DNA from: an uncultured Prolixibacteraceae bacterium
Lineage (GTDB): Bacteria; Bacteroidota; Bacteroidia; Bacteroidales; FEN-979
NCBI GenBank assembly: GCA_964616825.1
Contig: CAZTSX010000006.1
Coordinates: 1,635-65,634, forward strand
Length of the DNA: 64,000 nt
Reading direction: 5' to 3'
A program made the translations under genes and the position numbers. Of the stretch, positions 36,636 through 45,977 are shown in pieces (position 1 is the first letter of the stretch; each line of letters opens with the position of its first letter). A model generated the notes under the pieces. It did no database searches and was not told where the DNA came from. It saw only the letters and a list, made by a program, of their open reading frames with translations.

Positions 36636-38476
36636 TCACCTCGTTGATGAGAATCCTCTGTCGTTATATACCTGAACTCATTCTCCTGATCTATATCGGG
36701 CTTTTTATCGGATTCAAACAACCTGCACAAAAATGGGACCGTGTAATCAACAGCGATGGAAAAGGATATTATGCATACCTGCCTGCCCTCTTCATTTACC
36801 AGGATCTGGATTACCGCTTCGTGGAAACATATGAGTCTACCTATTACCCATCAGACAGATCTGTTTTTAAGGAGTTTCGGTTAGATCATAATGGGCAAAC
36901 CGTAAATAAGTATTTTGCCGGACTGGCTATTCTCTGGTTACCTTTCTTTCTCCTGGCCCATTTCATCACACTGCTGGCAGGAATGCCTGCAGATGGATAC
37001 AGTATCATATACCAGTATACCATTGCGGTAGCTACCCTCTTTTACTTGTGGATCGGTTGCAGGGCTCTGTTTTCTGTCCTGATAAGATTAGGTGCATCAC
37101 AGGTGCTCTCCTCGTTCATTCTCCTCGCCATAACATTAGGGACCAACATGGCGTTTTTTGCGATCATAGAACCCTCCATGTCCCATATCTATTCATTCAC
37201 CCTGATTACATTATATATATTGGCTCTACTCAACTATTTCGCGACGAATGAGCGCCGATGGTTTCTTCTGTTCATGGCTGCATTTGGTCTGATCGTGATA
37301 ACCAGGCCCACCAATGCGTTGGTTATCATGTTGCTCCCATTCATGGCAGGAAGTATTCAAACCCTGAAAGAAGGGATGAAACACATCTGGAAGAATAAAT
37401 CCTGGTTGTTGTTGAGCATATCAATTTTTATTTTCATCATTGCGCTGCAACCACTGCTGTATTATTTTCAGTCGGGACAGCTCTGGATTTACTCTTACGG
37501 GGAGGAACAGCTTGAGTTTCTTAACCCTAAGATCCTGAACATACTCTTCAGTTTCAACCGGGGATGGTTCATTTATACACCACTATCACTTCTTTCACTA
37601 ACCGGGCTCATTGCTTTATACCGGGATAACAAATTGAGGTTTATCACTCTCATCGCATTCTTTTCGGCATCGATTTACCTGATCTCCTGCTGGTGGGTTT
37701 TTTATTATGCCAGCAAATGTGGCCAGCGGGTTTTCATCGATCTCTATCCTGTGCTTGCTATCCTCCTCATTTACCTCTTTTCCCTTGTAAGCCGGAAATC
37801 CTGGAGAATGCTATTGTACATCATAATAACCCTGCTGATACTTCTCAACCTGATCCAGTTTTATCAACATACAAAATGGATCTTTCCTGTAGCGACAATA
37901 ACCGGGAGTATTTACTGGGATGCGTTCACGACAATCCATCCGAAAGCCAGGGTTTATCTCCCCGAAGAGGCTGTTTCCACCATCCTGACCATGTCTCATG
38001 ACATGGAAGATGAAAAGAGATGGATGAATGAAAATACACTGACAGGCAACCATGCATACTCCGGCGACAGTTCCTCGCTTATCAATGATGAATTACCTTA
38101 TGGCATTGGATTGAAGATTGATCCATTGTCACAATTTGAAACGATGAACAGGATCGTGAAAGTGACTGCCCAGGTCTGGTCAGCCGGTGGAAGTGGAGGG
38201 TCCAGCCTTGTTTTAACCCTTGAAGATACATTAGAATTTTCCTGTTACAGAGCTTTTTACCTTGAATCCTTCGTCCGGAAAAAAAGATGGACCCCGATCG
38301 AATGTGCTTTTTCCCTGCCGGATCATATTCCGGAAAATACCGTTATGAAAATTTATTTTTACCATCCCCCTAATACGCCTTCACTCTATATCGATGACCT
38401 GACTATTGATTTTATTTCTCTGAAAGATAGACCGGAATACAAAAAAATTGAAGGAGTTTTGGTATCTTGCCATTGA
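36632..38476 (+). CDS. large polytopic membrane protein with C-terminal soluble domain (GT-C-like?), unknown function
   Basis: ~12 predicted helices with an early loop motif SDGKGYYAYLPALF, then a ~170-aa soluble tail. ATGA overlap with the rlmB stop. Functional label is speculative. Confidence 0.55.
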   Translation: MITSLMRILCRYIPELILLIYIGLFIGFKQPAQKWDRVINSDGKGYYAYLPALFIYQDLDYRFVETYESTYYPSDRSVFKEFRLDHNGQTVNKYFAGLAILWLPFFLLAHFITLLAGMPADGYSIIYQYTIAVATLFYLWIGCRALFSVLIRLGASQVLSSFILLAITLGTNMAFFAIIEPSMSHIYSFTLITLYILALLNYFATNERRWFLLFMAAFGLIVITRPTNALVIMLLPFMAGSIQTLKEGMKHIWKNKSWLLLSISIFIFIIALQPLLYYFQSGQLWIYSYGEEQLEFLNPKILNILFSFNRGWFIYTPLSLLSLTGLIALYRDNKLRFITLIAFFSASIYLISCWWVFYYASKCGQRVFIDLYPVLAILLIYLFSLVSRKSWRMLLYIIITLLILLNLIQFYQHTKWIFPVATITGSIYWDAFTTIHPKARVYLPEEAVSTILTMSHDMEDEKRWMNENTLTGNHAYSGDSSSLINDELPYGIGLKIDPLSQFETMNRIVKVTAQVWSAGGSGGSSLVLTLEDTLEFSCYRAFYLESFVRKKRWTPIECAFSLPDHIPENTVMKIYFYHPPNTPSLYIDDLTIDFISLKDRPEYKKIEGVLVSCH

Positions 38477-38515
38477 GAACGCTGATATTGCAAACGAAAA
38501 AGAACTCTTTTTACG

Positions 38516-38719
38516 ATGTACATAATAAAAATAGAGGGCACAGCTAAGATTCCCGATTTTGTTCAGATCCGTGATGACGACTTTACCCTGATAGCCTACT
38601 TTAGAATCAACAACCCACGACGTGCCCTTCTACGATGCAGATTGATCGATAAACAGGATCATATCGTTGAACTGGCAACGAAATTACCATATGGCAAGAT
38701 CCAGGAACTGGGACTTTAA
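38516..38719 (+). CDS. hypothetical small protein
   Basis: 67-aa ORF in the gap between two + strand genes. No motif recognised. Confidence 0.3.
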   Translation: MYIIKIEGTAKIPDFVQIRDDDFTLIAYFRINNPRRALLRCRLIDKQDHIVELATKLPYGKIQELGL

Positions 38720-38730
38720 CGCTGGATGAC

Positions 38731-38738
38731 TATTTTTG
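38731..38738 (+). promoter_or_regulatory. -7 box TATTTTTG upstream of ftsE-like gene
   Basis: TAnnTTTG match 19 nt upstream of ATG 38758. Confidence 0.45.
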
Positions 38739-38757
38739 TATTGCAAAACTTCACAAT

Positions 38758-39432
38758 ATGCCCGGAGATCTGATTATATTCCTCGACAAAGTATCTGTCT
38801 ACCAAAATGAAAACCTGATCCTCGCAAATGTGTCACTCTCTATCAGCAGAGGTGAATTCGTTTACCTGATCGGCCGGACAGGTACCGGAAAAAGCAGCCT
38901 CCTGAAAACTCTGTACGCCGAACTCCCTGTCAGAATGGGCATTGCCGGTGTGGCAGGATTTGATCTCAGAAAGATACGCAATTACGAGGTTCCACACCTG
39001 CGTCGAAAACTGGGAATTGTTTTCCAGGATTTCCAGCTTCTGATGGATCGTTCCATTAACGAAAACCTGGTTTTCATCATGAAAGCCACAGGATGGAACG
39101 ACAATAAGAAGATGACGAAACGTCTCCAGGAGGTGCTGGCTAAAGTAGGTCTTCAAACCAAAGGGAATAAAATGCCTCATCAGCTTTCAGGGGGAGAACA
39201 GCAGCGTGTAGCTATCGCCAGGGCTTTAGTGAATGACCCTGATATCATCCTCGCCGATGAGCCTACCGGAAATCTCGATCCGGAGAGTTCCGAAGGGATC
39301 ATCAGCCTCTTAATGGATATCTCAAAAACAGGCAGAGCCGTATTGATGGCTACCCATAATTATGCGATGTTTGAAAAGTATCCTGCCCGCACATTCAGGT
39401 GCGAACATGGGAAGGTAATCCCTGTTGACTAA
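38758..39432 (+). CDS. ftsE: FtsE-like ABC transporter ATP-binding protein
   Basis: Walker A GRTGTGKS, signature LSGGEQQR, Walker B ILADEPT. 224 aa. No ftsX adjacent. Confidence 0.7.
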   Translation: MPGDLIIFLDKVSVYQNENLILANVSLSISRGEFVYLIGRTGTGKSSLLKTLYAELPVRMGIAGVAGFDLRKIRNYEVPHLRRKLGIVFQDFQLLMDRSINENLVFIMKATGWNDNKKMTKRLQEVLAKVGLQTKGNKMPHQLSGGEQQRVAIARALVNDPDIILADEPTGNLDPESSEGIISLLMDISKTGRAVLMATHNYAMFEKYPARTFRCEHGKVIPVD

Positions 39433-40430
39433 TCCCCCAATGTAGCTACCATCACTGCTTTGATGGTATGTAACCTGTTTTCAGCTTCATCAAAAACAAT
39501 CGATGCCGGTGATTCAAACACCTCATCGGTCACCTCTAGTCCATCCAGGTTGTATGTATTGAAGATTTCTGTACCAACCTCAGTATCCTTATTGTGGAAA
39601 GAAGGAAGACAATGCATGAACTTCACTTTAGGATTGCCGGTCTTTGACATCATCTCAGAGGTTACCTGGTATGGCAGCATCTCCTTGATACGGTCTCCCC
39701 ATAACTCCTTTGCCTCACCCATCGATAACCAGACGTCGGCATAGACAAAATCCACACCGTTGACACCTTCATCAATGTCCTCAGTCAGGGAAATCGTAGC
39801 TCCGGTCTCTTTGGCAATCTCGTTGCACTGATCTACCAACTCCTGATTAGGCCAGTAATCTTTGGGGGCTAACGACCGGAAATTCATTCCCATTTTGGCT
39901 GCACCAACCATCAGGGAGTTGCCCATGTTGTTTCGGGCATCGCCGCAATAGACAAATGAGACTTTATGTAAAGGCTTATCCGAGTATTCCATCATGGTTA
40001 AAAAATCAGCCAAGATCTGTGTCGGATGAAATTCATTTGTCAGTCCGTTCCAAACAGGAACACCAGCATATTTTCCCAACTCTTCAACGATATCCTGCCC
40101 GAATCCCCGGTACTCAATTCCATCATACATGTGTCCCAGAACACGGGCTGTATCTTTCATTGTCTCTTTTTTTCCTATATGTGACCCTTCCGGACCAAGA
40201 TAGGTCACACAAGCACCCTGGTCATAAGCTGCCACCTCGAATGCACAGCGTGTCCGGGTAGATGCCTTTTCAAAGATCAGAGCAACATTTTTACCCTTTA
40301 ACCGGGGTTCTTCAACACCTGCATATTTCGCCTTTTTCAGTTCCCAGGATAGATCCAATAAGAATTTGATCTCCCGTGGTGTAAAATCCAACAACTTTAA
40401 AAAATTTCGATTTCTTAGATTAAATGCCAT
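39429..40430 (-). CDS. argF: ornithine carbamoyltransferase
   Basis: STRTRCAFE carbamoyl-phosphate motif, DVWLSMGE ornithine loop, FMHCLPSFH. 333 aa. Confidence 0.9.
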   Translation of the reverse strand: MAFNLRNRNFLKLLDFTPREIKFLLDLSWELKKAKYAGVEEPRLKGKNVALIFEKASTRTRCAFEVAAYDQGACVTYLGPEGSHIGKKETMKDTARVLGHMYDGIEYRGFGQDIVEELGKYAGVPVWNGLTNEFHPTQILADFLTMMEYSDKPLHKVSFVYCGDARNNMGNSLMVGAAKMGMNFRSLAPKDYWPNQELVDQCNEIAKETGATISLTEDIDEGVNGVDFVYADVWLSMGEAKELWGDRIKEMLPYQVTSEMMSKTGNPKVKFMHCLPSFHNKDTEVGTEIFNTYNLDGLEVTDEVFESPASIVFDEAENRLHTIKAVMVATLGD

Positions 40431-40440
40431 CCCTTTTTTA

Positions 40441-40467
40441 TTTACGATTTACGATTTAGATTTACGA
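40441..40467. repeat. heptamer array TTTACGA x4 (one unit 6 nt)
   Basis: TTTACGA TTTACGA TTTAGA TTTACGA. Same word as 6440-6467. Lies 10 nt upstream of the argF ATG on the minus strand. Confidence 0.9.
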
Positions 40468-40487
40468 TTTTTCGCAAAATTAATGAA

Positions 40488-41684
40488 TTATTTAAAGGTG
40501 CCAAACCTGACGCCAGCTGTAAATGTAAGGGCATGATTATCATCAGTCAGGTTGCCGTTGAAAACCATATTCCCCTTATCAGCCGAAAGGTAAGAATACT
40601 CTGCCCGGATATATGAATAGGGAACGGGATTGAACTCCACACCCACAGTGCCCCCATATGTGAGCAATCCTCTGAGCTTACCATCATACGCATAGAGTGG
40701 TGTCATTGTAGCACCAGGATCACTCAGGTATTCGCCCCGGATTGAGGTCGAGAACCAATTTGTAAACCGGTATGTAGCCTGAAGAAATCCGGAAATACCC
40801 GAAGATGCCTTTGTTGTATCAGGCGGCTTATTTGAATTTCCATAAACACCAAAATCAATCTCTCCAACAAGTAACAGGTTTTTCACAGGTTTCGAAGTAA
40901 GGATAATATTGTTATACAAATAAAAGTGATCGGTTTTATCAGTGGCAAGCGATGCATTCCCTATCATGTTATTGTAGTTCACAGAAAAAATATCTTTGTA
41001 ATTATAAATCAGGGTTACGCCCCCGTATATATGTTTATTTTTTCCATATGCCAGCGTATATTGATTCCCAACGTAGAGGCCAGCATAGAAAGACGAAGTT
41101 ATCTGTGCGGACACCTTTAGCCCTAGAAAATTCCCTGTTTCAAAATAACCTCCGACAGTCACGGTGCTGATTTGATTTAAGATAGGATAAGAGGACTCAT
41201 ATCCAATAGGATTTAGGATATAACCGAAATCAATCCACAATGTCTTATATGCCCGGAATCCAAAATGGGCCTCCTTCATGTGCTTGATGAACTGTTCATT
41301 CGGTGCAGCACGAAGATCTGGAATATCCCCGTATTGAACCCTTAATTTGCCCCGAAAATTTTTCGAGTTGTATCCCAGCCATATACTGGCCACATTCAAT
41401 CGAAATTCATCAATAAAAGGACAGTTCGCCGCAAACTCCCTCAGGTTAGAGGTGTCACCTGATGGTTTGTTCAGATCCATGGCATAATAAACATCCATAT
41501 AGACCGAAACATTAAAATTGTTCAGGTAGCTCATGAATTTCTTTTTCACAGCAGGTGAAAGCGTGTCAGCCTGGGAAAAACTGCCTGGAGAAAAAATAAA
41601 TAGTCCAATAAAAAAAAATAACAAATAGATAGATCGCCTGACTTTGGGATCCATCCATTTTTTAGTCCGGTTAAAATTTTTCAT
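40488..41684 (-). CDS. outer-membrane beta-barrel protein (porin-like)
   Basis: Signal peptide. Alternating Y/G/N-rich amphipathic beta-strand pattern throughout. 398 aa. Confidence 0.55.
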   Translation of the reverse strand: MKNFNRTKKWMDPKVRRSIYLLFFFIGLFIFSPGSFSQADTLSPAVKKKFMSYLNNFNVSVYMDVYYAMDLNKPSGDTSNLREFAANCPFIDEFRLNVASIWLGYNSKNFRGKLRVQYGDIPDLRAAPNEQFIKHMKEAHFGFRAYKTLWIDFGYILNPIGYESSYPILNQISTVTVGGYFETGNFLGLKVSAQITSSFYAGLYVGNQYTLAYGKNKHIYGGVTLIYNYKDIFSVNYNNMIGNASLATDKTDHFYLYNNIILTSKPVKNLLLVGEIDFGVYGNSNKPPDTTKASSGISGFLQATYRFTNWFSTSIRGEYLSDPGATMTPLYAYDGKLRGLLTYGGTVGVEFNPVPYSYIRAEYSYLSADKGNMVFNGNLTDDNHALTFTAGVRFGTFK

Positions 41685-41702
41685 GATGCAATTAGATTTA
41701 AA

Positions 41703-42908
41703 TTATGACTCGGGTGTTTCTATCTTATTGCTAAAACGTTGAAATGCAGTCAATCCGAATTCAGGAAGGGTAGCAAAAATATGCTCGAATAAATCTGACT
41801 GAAAGTCCTCGAACTCCACCCAGTCTGATGGCCGGTAAAAGGCATATATTTCCACCGGAATTCCGTTCTCGGTTGGAAGTAGTTGACGGATCATTAACGT
41901 AGCGTCCGAATTAATCACAGGCAAACTTTGCAGGTAATGCACCAGATAGCGGCGGAAGATACCAAGATTGGTCATGTGCTTATTCTCCGATATCCAGGTA
42001 TCCACTGGAAGACCTTTATCTTTCAGGTGATCAATCAGCTGTTTACCTGCAAAATGGATGGTCCTGACATCTACTGAAAAAGACTTCTTCAGCCGCCTTC
42101 CTCCCGCTTTCGTCATGGAGCTCCAGTTTTGAAAATCACTGGTAATCAAAGCGTAAGTAGGAACATTGCTAACCGAATTATCGAAGTTTCTAACTTTGAT
42201 CGAGACCAACGAAATATCAAAAACAGTTCCATCAGTATTGTATTTTTTTACTGTGATCCAGTCGCCTACATGTAGTGCCTTGTTGCCTGATAGTTGAATT
42301 CCTGCGATAAATCCAAGGATGGTGTCTTTGAAAACCAGCATGATCACGGCCGACATCGCACCTAATCCGGCCAGCAAACTAAGTGGGGATTGTCCGGCCA
42401 GAACAGAAATCACGATAATTCCACCAATGACATAAATGATAATCTTTGTGACCTGAATGTATCCCTTGATGGGTCTGGCATTGGAAACCTCATAATCGCT
42501 ATATATCCGTTGAACGGCGTTCAGGAAAGAAGTGATCACGTAAAGAATGATGAAAATGATGTAAAGGTTGAGGCCAAGTTGAATGTACTTGATGAGGACA
42601 GGGTATGGGGCGATGACGGAATCGACAAATACTTTCAGGATCAGTGCCGGGATCAGTAACATTAGCCTTGAAAAGACCTTAGATTCATAAAGATGGTCAT
42701 CCCACTTTCCATGTGATTTGGAAACCAAACGCTTCAGCACCCTGTTGATGATATACTTCGCGATGTAGTAAATAATGATCGCCAGGATGAGGATAATGAA
42801 CAGAACAGAAAAATCAACAATGTATTCCGACCAGGTTTGATTCATACCCCAGTTTATCAGTAGATTTTTGAATTTTTCACTCAACGTTAATGCGGCTTCT
42901 TTTGTCAT
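41703..42908 (-). CDS. mechanosensitive ion channel family protein (MscS-like)
   Basis: N-terminal TM helices, then the MscS beta-domain signature (GIQLSGNKALHVGDWITV). Confidence 0.85.
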   Translation of the reverse strand: MTKEAALTLSEKFKNLLINWGMNQTWSEYIVDFSVLFIILILAIIIYYIAKYIINRVLKRLVSKSHGKWDDHLYESKVFSRLMLLIPALILKVFVDSVIAPYPVLIKYIQLGLNLYIIFIILYVITSFLNAVQRIYSDYEVSNARPIKGYIQVTKIIIYVIGGIIVISVLAGQSPLSLLAGLGAMSAVIMLVFKDTILGFIAGIQLSGNKALHVGDWITVKKYNTDGTVFDISLVSIKVRNFDNSVSNVPTYALITSDFQNWSSMTKAGGRRLKKSFSVDVRTIHFAGKQLIDHLKDKGLPVDTWISENKHMTNLGIFRRYLVHYLQSLPVINSDATLMIRQLLPTENGIPVEIYAFYRPSDWVEFEDFQSDLFEHIFATLPEFGLTAFQRFSNKIETPES

Positions 42909-42919
42909 GTGAGAATTAA

Positions 42920-43813
42920 TTATGGTATGATTATATACAAAGATAATGGATGAACCTTAACGATGAAAGATTTTTTTTCAATTTCCGGATCGCCATCCAG
43001 ATGAATGAACTTCCCTTTCTTTCGGTTTATAATAATCTCTTTGGCTTTGATGATCTCAACAAATGGAGTTTTATCGAGCTTCTTCAGGAAAAACAGGGGA
43101 GTAATCAGAGTTACCTTCCAGAAAGGGATTTTTCTGACGATACAGACATTTATCAACCCATCATCAATTTCAGCGCCTGGATCAATCGTTGCATTATTCC
43201 CGAATTGACTGGAATTGGCAAAGCTGATTAACAGGGCTTTCCGTTTTATTACCCGACCGTCAACAGAGATCTTATAACTCCTGGGCTTGTATTTTCGATA
43301 GGACGAGGTGGCAATATTGAAATAGGAGATAAATCCCCGTTTCGTTGTTTTATCAAATTTCCGGGCTATATGAGCATCAAAACCAACCCCGGCTACGCTT
43401 ACGAAAAACTGGTTGTTAAGAGTCGCTGTATCGATCTTCCTTCGCTTTGCCCTGTTGATCAGGTTGATTGCTTTCCTGAAATTCATAGGAATCCCAAGAT
43501 GCCGGGCAAGTCCGTTTCCCGATCCGGTGGGAATAATCGCCACTGTGGCCTCCGTTCCAACCAACGCACGGCCCACCTCATTAACGGTTCCGTCACCCCC
43601 CACTGCAACAACGATACTGGCACCATCAGAAACAGCTTCCCTGGCCAACTCCGTTGCATGTCCCCTGTATTCCGTAAAAACCACTTTGAAACTGTATAAA
43701 TTCAAATCCAGGTGTTTTTCGATCAATGCCTCAATGGTTCGTTGCTTCCCGGAACCGGAGATCGGATTCACGATAAAAAAGATGCGCTTGTCAGGAAGTT
43801 GCTTGTCAATCAT
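42920..43813 (-). CDS. diacylglycerol kinase family lipid kinase (DgkB/YegS-like, soluble)
   Basis: FIVNPISGSGK and GGDGTVNEV motifs. 297 aa. Confidence 0.85.
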   Translation of the reverse strand: MIDKQLPDKRIFFIVNPISGSGKQRTIEALIEKHLDLNLYSFKVVFTEYRGHATELAREAVSDGASIVVAVGGDGTVNEVGRALVGTEATVAIIPTGSGNGLARHLGIPMNFRKAINLINRAKRRKIDTATLNNQFFVSVAGVGFDAHIARKFDKTTKRGFISYFNIATSSYRKYKPRSYKISVDGRVIKRKALLISFANSSQFGNNATIDPGAEIDDGLINVCIVRKIPFWKVTLITPLFFLKKLDKTPFVEIIKAKEIIINRKKGKFIHLDGDPEIEKKSFIVKVHPLSLYIIIP

Positions 43814-45780
43814 TTCTGAACGGTCAGCATGTTTTCAATAACCCTGTTGTTGTATTGCTGGATATAGGCTTTGGTGAATCGCTCCATTTCTTGTGTCACC
43901 TCTTGTTCTGAGCCAAGCAGATTCTGCTGTTGCAACGAATCCTGCTTCAGGTTATAAAGAGAAAGGCTTTTTAATCCATCAAACTCCAGGGCATGATTCC
44001 CTTTGATCAGGGTATAGATCCCGGCAACATAATGCATAGAAAAATGAGGTGTTGCCGGATTCAGCATATCTGTTCCAAAAGCGAAGAAATCCTTGTCATA
44101 CCCCATATAACTCAAAATTGTTGGCATCAGGTCCGTCTGCTGTGCAATCTCCCCATTTATCCCTTGCATCCCCTCATCAGGAAAAAGAAAGAGGATCGGA
44201 ATTGAATACTGGCCTACACCACTTCGATAATATGGAAAATAGCCCTCAGAGGTATGATCCGCTGTGATCACAACAAGGGTATTCTTATACCACGGCATTT
44301 TCCTGATGGTCTGTATAAACCGACCGAGGGAGTAATCCGCATACATGATGCTCTTTTGAATAGGAAGTTTGCCTTCACGAAATACATGCTTGTATCTCCC
44401 GGGCACAAAATATGGATGATGAGAAGAGAGCGAAAAGAGTGTAGCTACAAATGGTTGCTTGATTTTGTTTAACTGCTCAGCTGTGAATTGAAAAAAGGCC
44501 TCATCACGAATCCCCCATTTTCCGTCATAATCCTCATCATTATTATATTCGGTTCGGCCATAATATCGATCAAAACCTGTAAGTCTTGTATAATTGTCCA
44601 GGCCCATAGTCCCATTTGTACCTCCGTGAAAAAATGCCGTCGTATATCCTTTCTCTTTCAATAATCCGGCGATACCTGTGATTCGATCACCGGAATAGCT
44701 CGATAGGATAAACGCATCATTCATGAGGGAGGGGATACTCGAAAGGATGGCAGGAACCGCCATCATTGAGCTCTTTTCATTGGCGAATGCCTTGAACAGG
44801 AGACCTTGATGTATCAATGAATCAAAAGCCGGGGTAAAGCCCCTGTATCTACCCTCTTCATAATGTCTGTTCAACGATCCAATATGCTCACAACCAAAAC
44901 TCTCCATAATGACAATCAAAACATTGTATGGCTTAAATCCATTCTTCGATCCTTTGTGCAATGGGGAATAGATCTTAGCTAATTCAGACTCAGAGGAATA
45001 GTAATCTTTTATCGTCAGACTTGGATGAAACCAGGTTTTAACAATTGAAAATGGGGTATTCAGGACAAGAGGGCTATTGCGCGAGGAGGTGTATTTCCCG
45101 GCCGTTACCAATCCAATGGGACGAAGCTGAGTCCCTCCCCGCATTCCAATAACCGATACAAATCCTATTACCAGGAAAAAAATCGCTTGTACCGGGTAAT
45201 AGAAAAACGCTTTCATTGTTTTTCTCCCGGGTTTCGCCCTGATCCTGCGGCAGAATAATATCATCACCAGAATGAATACAATGCAGATCAACTGTGCAAA
45301 CCAGAAATCGTAAATGAACTGTAGAATCAGACTTGAAAAATCAGAAATTCCCCCAACGTAGCTGAAAATATCGGCCGTCATCCGCTTCAGGGTAAATCGA
45401 AAATAGACGATATCAATGAAATTCGTAATTAACACAAGGGTATTGATGATATAGAAATAGGCGTTGGTGAAACCCTGATATACCTTATCGTACCTAAACC
45501 GAAAAGGGAGGGAGTTCATCACAATAAAAGGGGTGTTTAGAAATAAGATAGCTGAAATGTCGAAGCGCAACCCGGCCGCGTAGATCCGGAAGAACTCCAG
45601 AAAAGAGATGTGAGAGAAATAGGAGAGATTAAACAGGTAAAAGAGAAAACGGGAAAGAAAGAGAAGAATCAGGACAACCAGGAGTTTGAGAAACATTGCA
45701 ATCAGCACGTTTCCGGAAAAGTGTAATTTCCTTAATCCCGTAGAGTGTCTCCCTCGTTTTTTTTCCGGTGGTTTGCTCAT
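43810..45780 (-). CDS. LTA synthase family protein (membrane-anchored phosphoglycerol/sulfatase-type transferase)
   Basis: Five N-terminal TM helices plus an extracytoplasmic alkaline-phosphatase-superfamily domain (VIVIMESFGCEHIG ... ITADH). 4-nt overlap with the downstream lipid kinase gene. Confidence 0.85.
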   Translation of the reverse strand: MSKPPEKKRGRHSTGLRKLHFSGNVLIAMFLKLLVVLILLFLSRFLFYLFNLSYFSHISFLEFFRIYAAGLRFDISAILFLNTPFIVMNSLPFRFRYDKVYQGFTNAYFYIINTLVLITNFIDIVYFRFTLKRMTADIFSYVGGISDFSSLILQFIYDFWFAQLICIVFILVMILFCRRIRAKPGRKTMKAFFYYPVQAIFFLVIGFVSVIGMRGGTQLRPIGLVTAGKYTSSRNSPLVLNTPFSIVKTWFHPSLTIKDYYSSESELAKIYSPLHKGSKNGFKPYNVLIVIMESFGCEHIGSLNRHYEEGRYRGFTPAFDSLIHQGLLFKAFANEKSSMMAVPAILSSIPSLMNDAFILSSYSGDRITGIAGLLKEKGYTTAFFHGGTNGTMGLDNYTRLTGFDRYYGRTEYNNDEDYDGKWGIRDEAFFQFTAEQLNKIKQPFVATLFSLSSHHPYFVPGRYKHVFREGKLPIQKSIMYADYSLGRFIQTIRKMPWYKNTLVVITADHTSEGYFPYYRSGVGQYSIPILFLFPDEGMQGINGEIAQQTDLMPTILSYMGYDKDFFAFGTDMLNPATPHFSMHYVAGIYTLIKGNHALEFDGLKSLSLYNLKQDSLQQQNLLGSEQEVTQEMERFTKAYIQQYNNRVIENMLTVQK

Positions 45781-45799
45781 GATTTCAGCGTTATTCCGG

Positions 45800-45817
45800 A
45801 CAAATTTACTACTTTTG
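45800..45817. promoter_or_regulatory. second copy of the back-to-back -7 box 18-mer ACAAATTTACTACTTTTG
   Basis: Lies between divergent LtaS-family (-; ATG 20 nt away) and recQ (+; ATG 160 nt away) genes. Confidence 0.55.
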
Positions 45818-45899
45818 AGTTTGATTCCACGAAAGAAAAAATCTCACATGGGAGAACTTGTAACTGCATGAAATAAAGGCAAAGAGTGATCAGGCCTCC

Positions 45900-45970
45900 A
45901 ACTCACAAACTCACTAATTCAATAGTTCACTAGTTAACATATCACCATATCGCCATATCACCATCTCACC
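45900..45970. repeat. word arrays AACTCAC x2, TAGTTMAC x2, ATMTCRCC x4
   Basis: AACTCAC AAACTCAC (45900-14). TAGTTCAC TAGTTAAC (45923-38). ATATCACC ATATCGCC ATATCACC ATCTCACC (45939-70). Ends 7 nt before the recQ ATG. Confidence 0.85.
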
Positions 45971-45977
45971 ATAAGTC

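Noticed and set aside
39429-40430. Ornithine carbamoyltransferase as part of an arginine deiminase (catabolic) cluster with the adjacent porin and channel
   Set aside because: No arcA, arcC or arcD homolog is in the window. The enzyme motifs do not distinguish anabolic from catabolic OTC.
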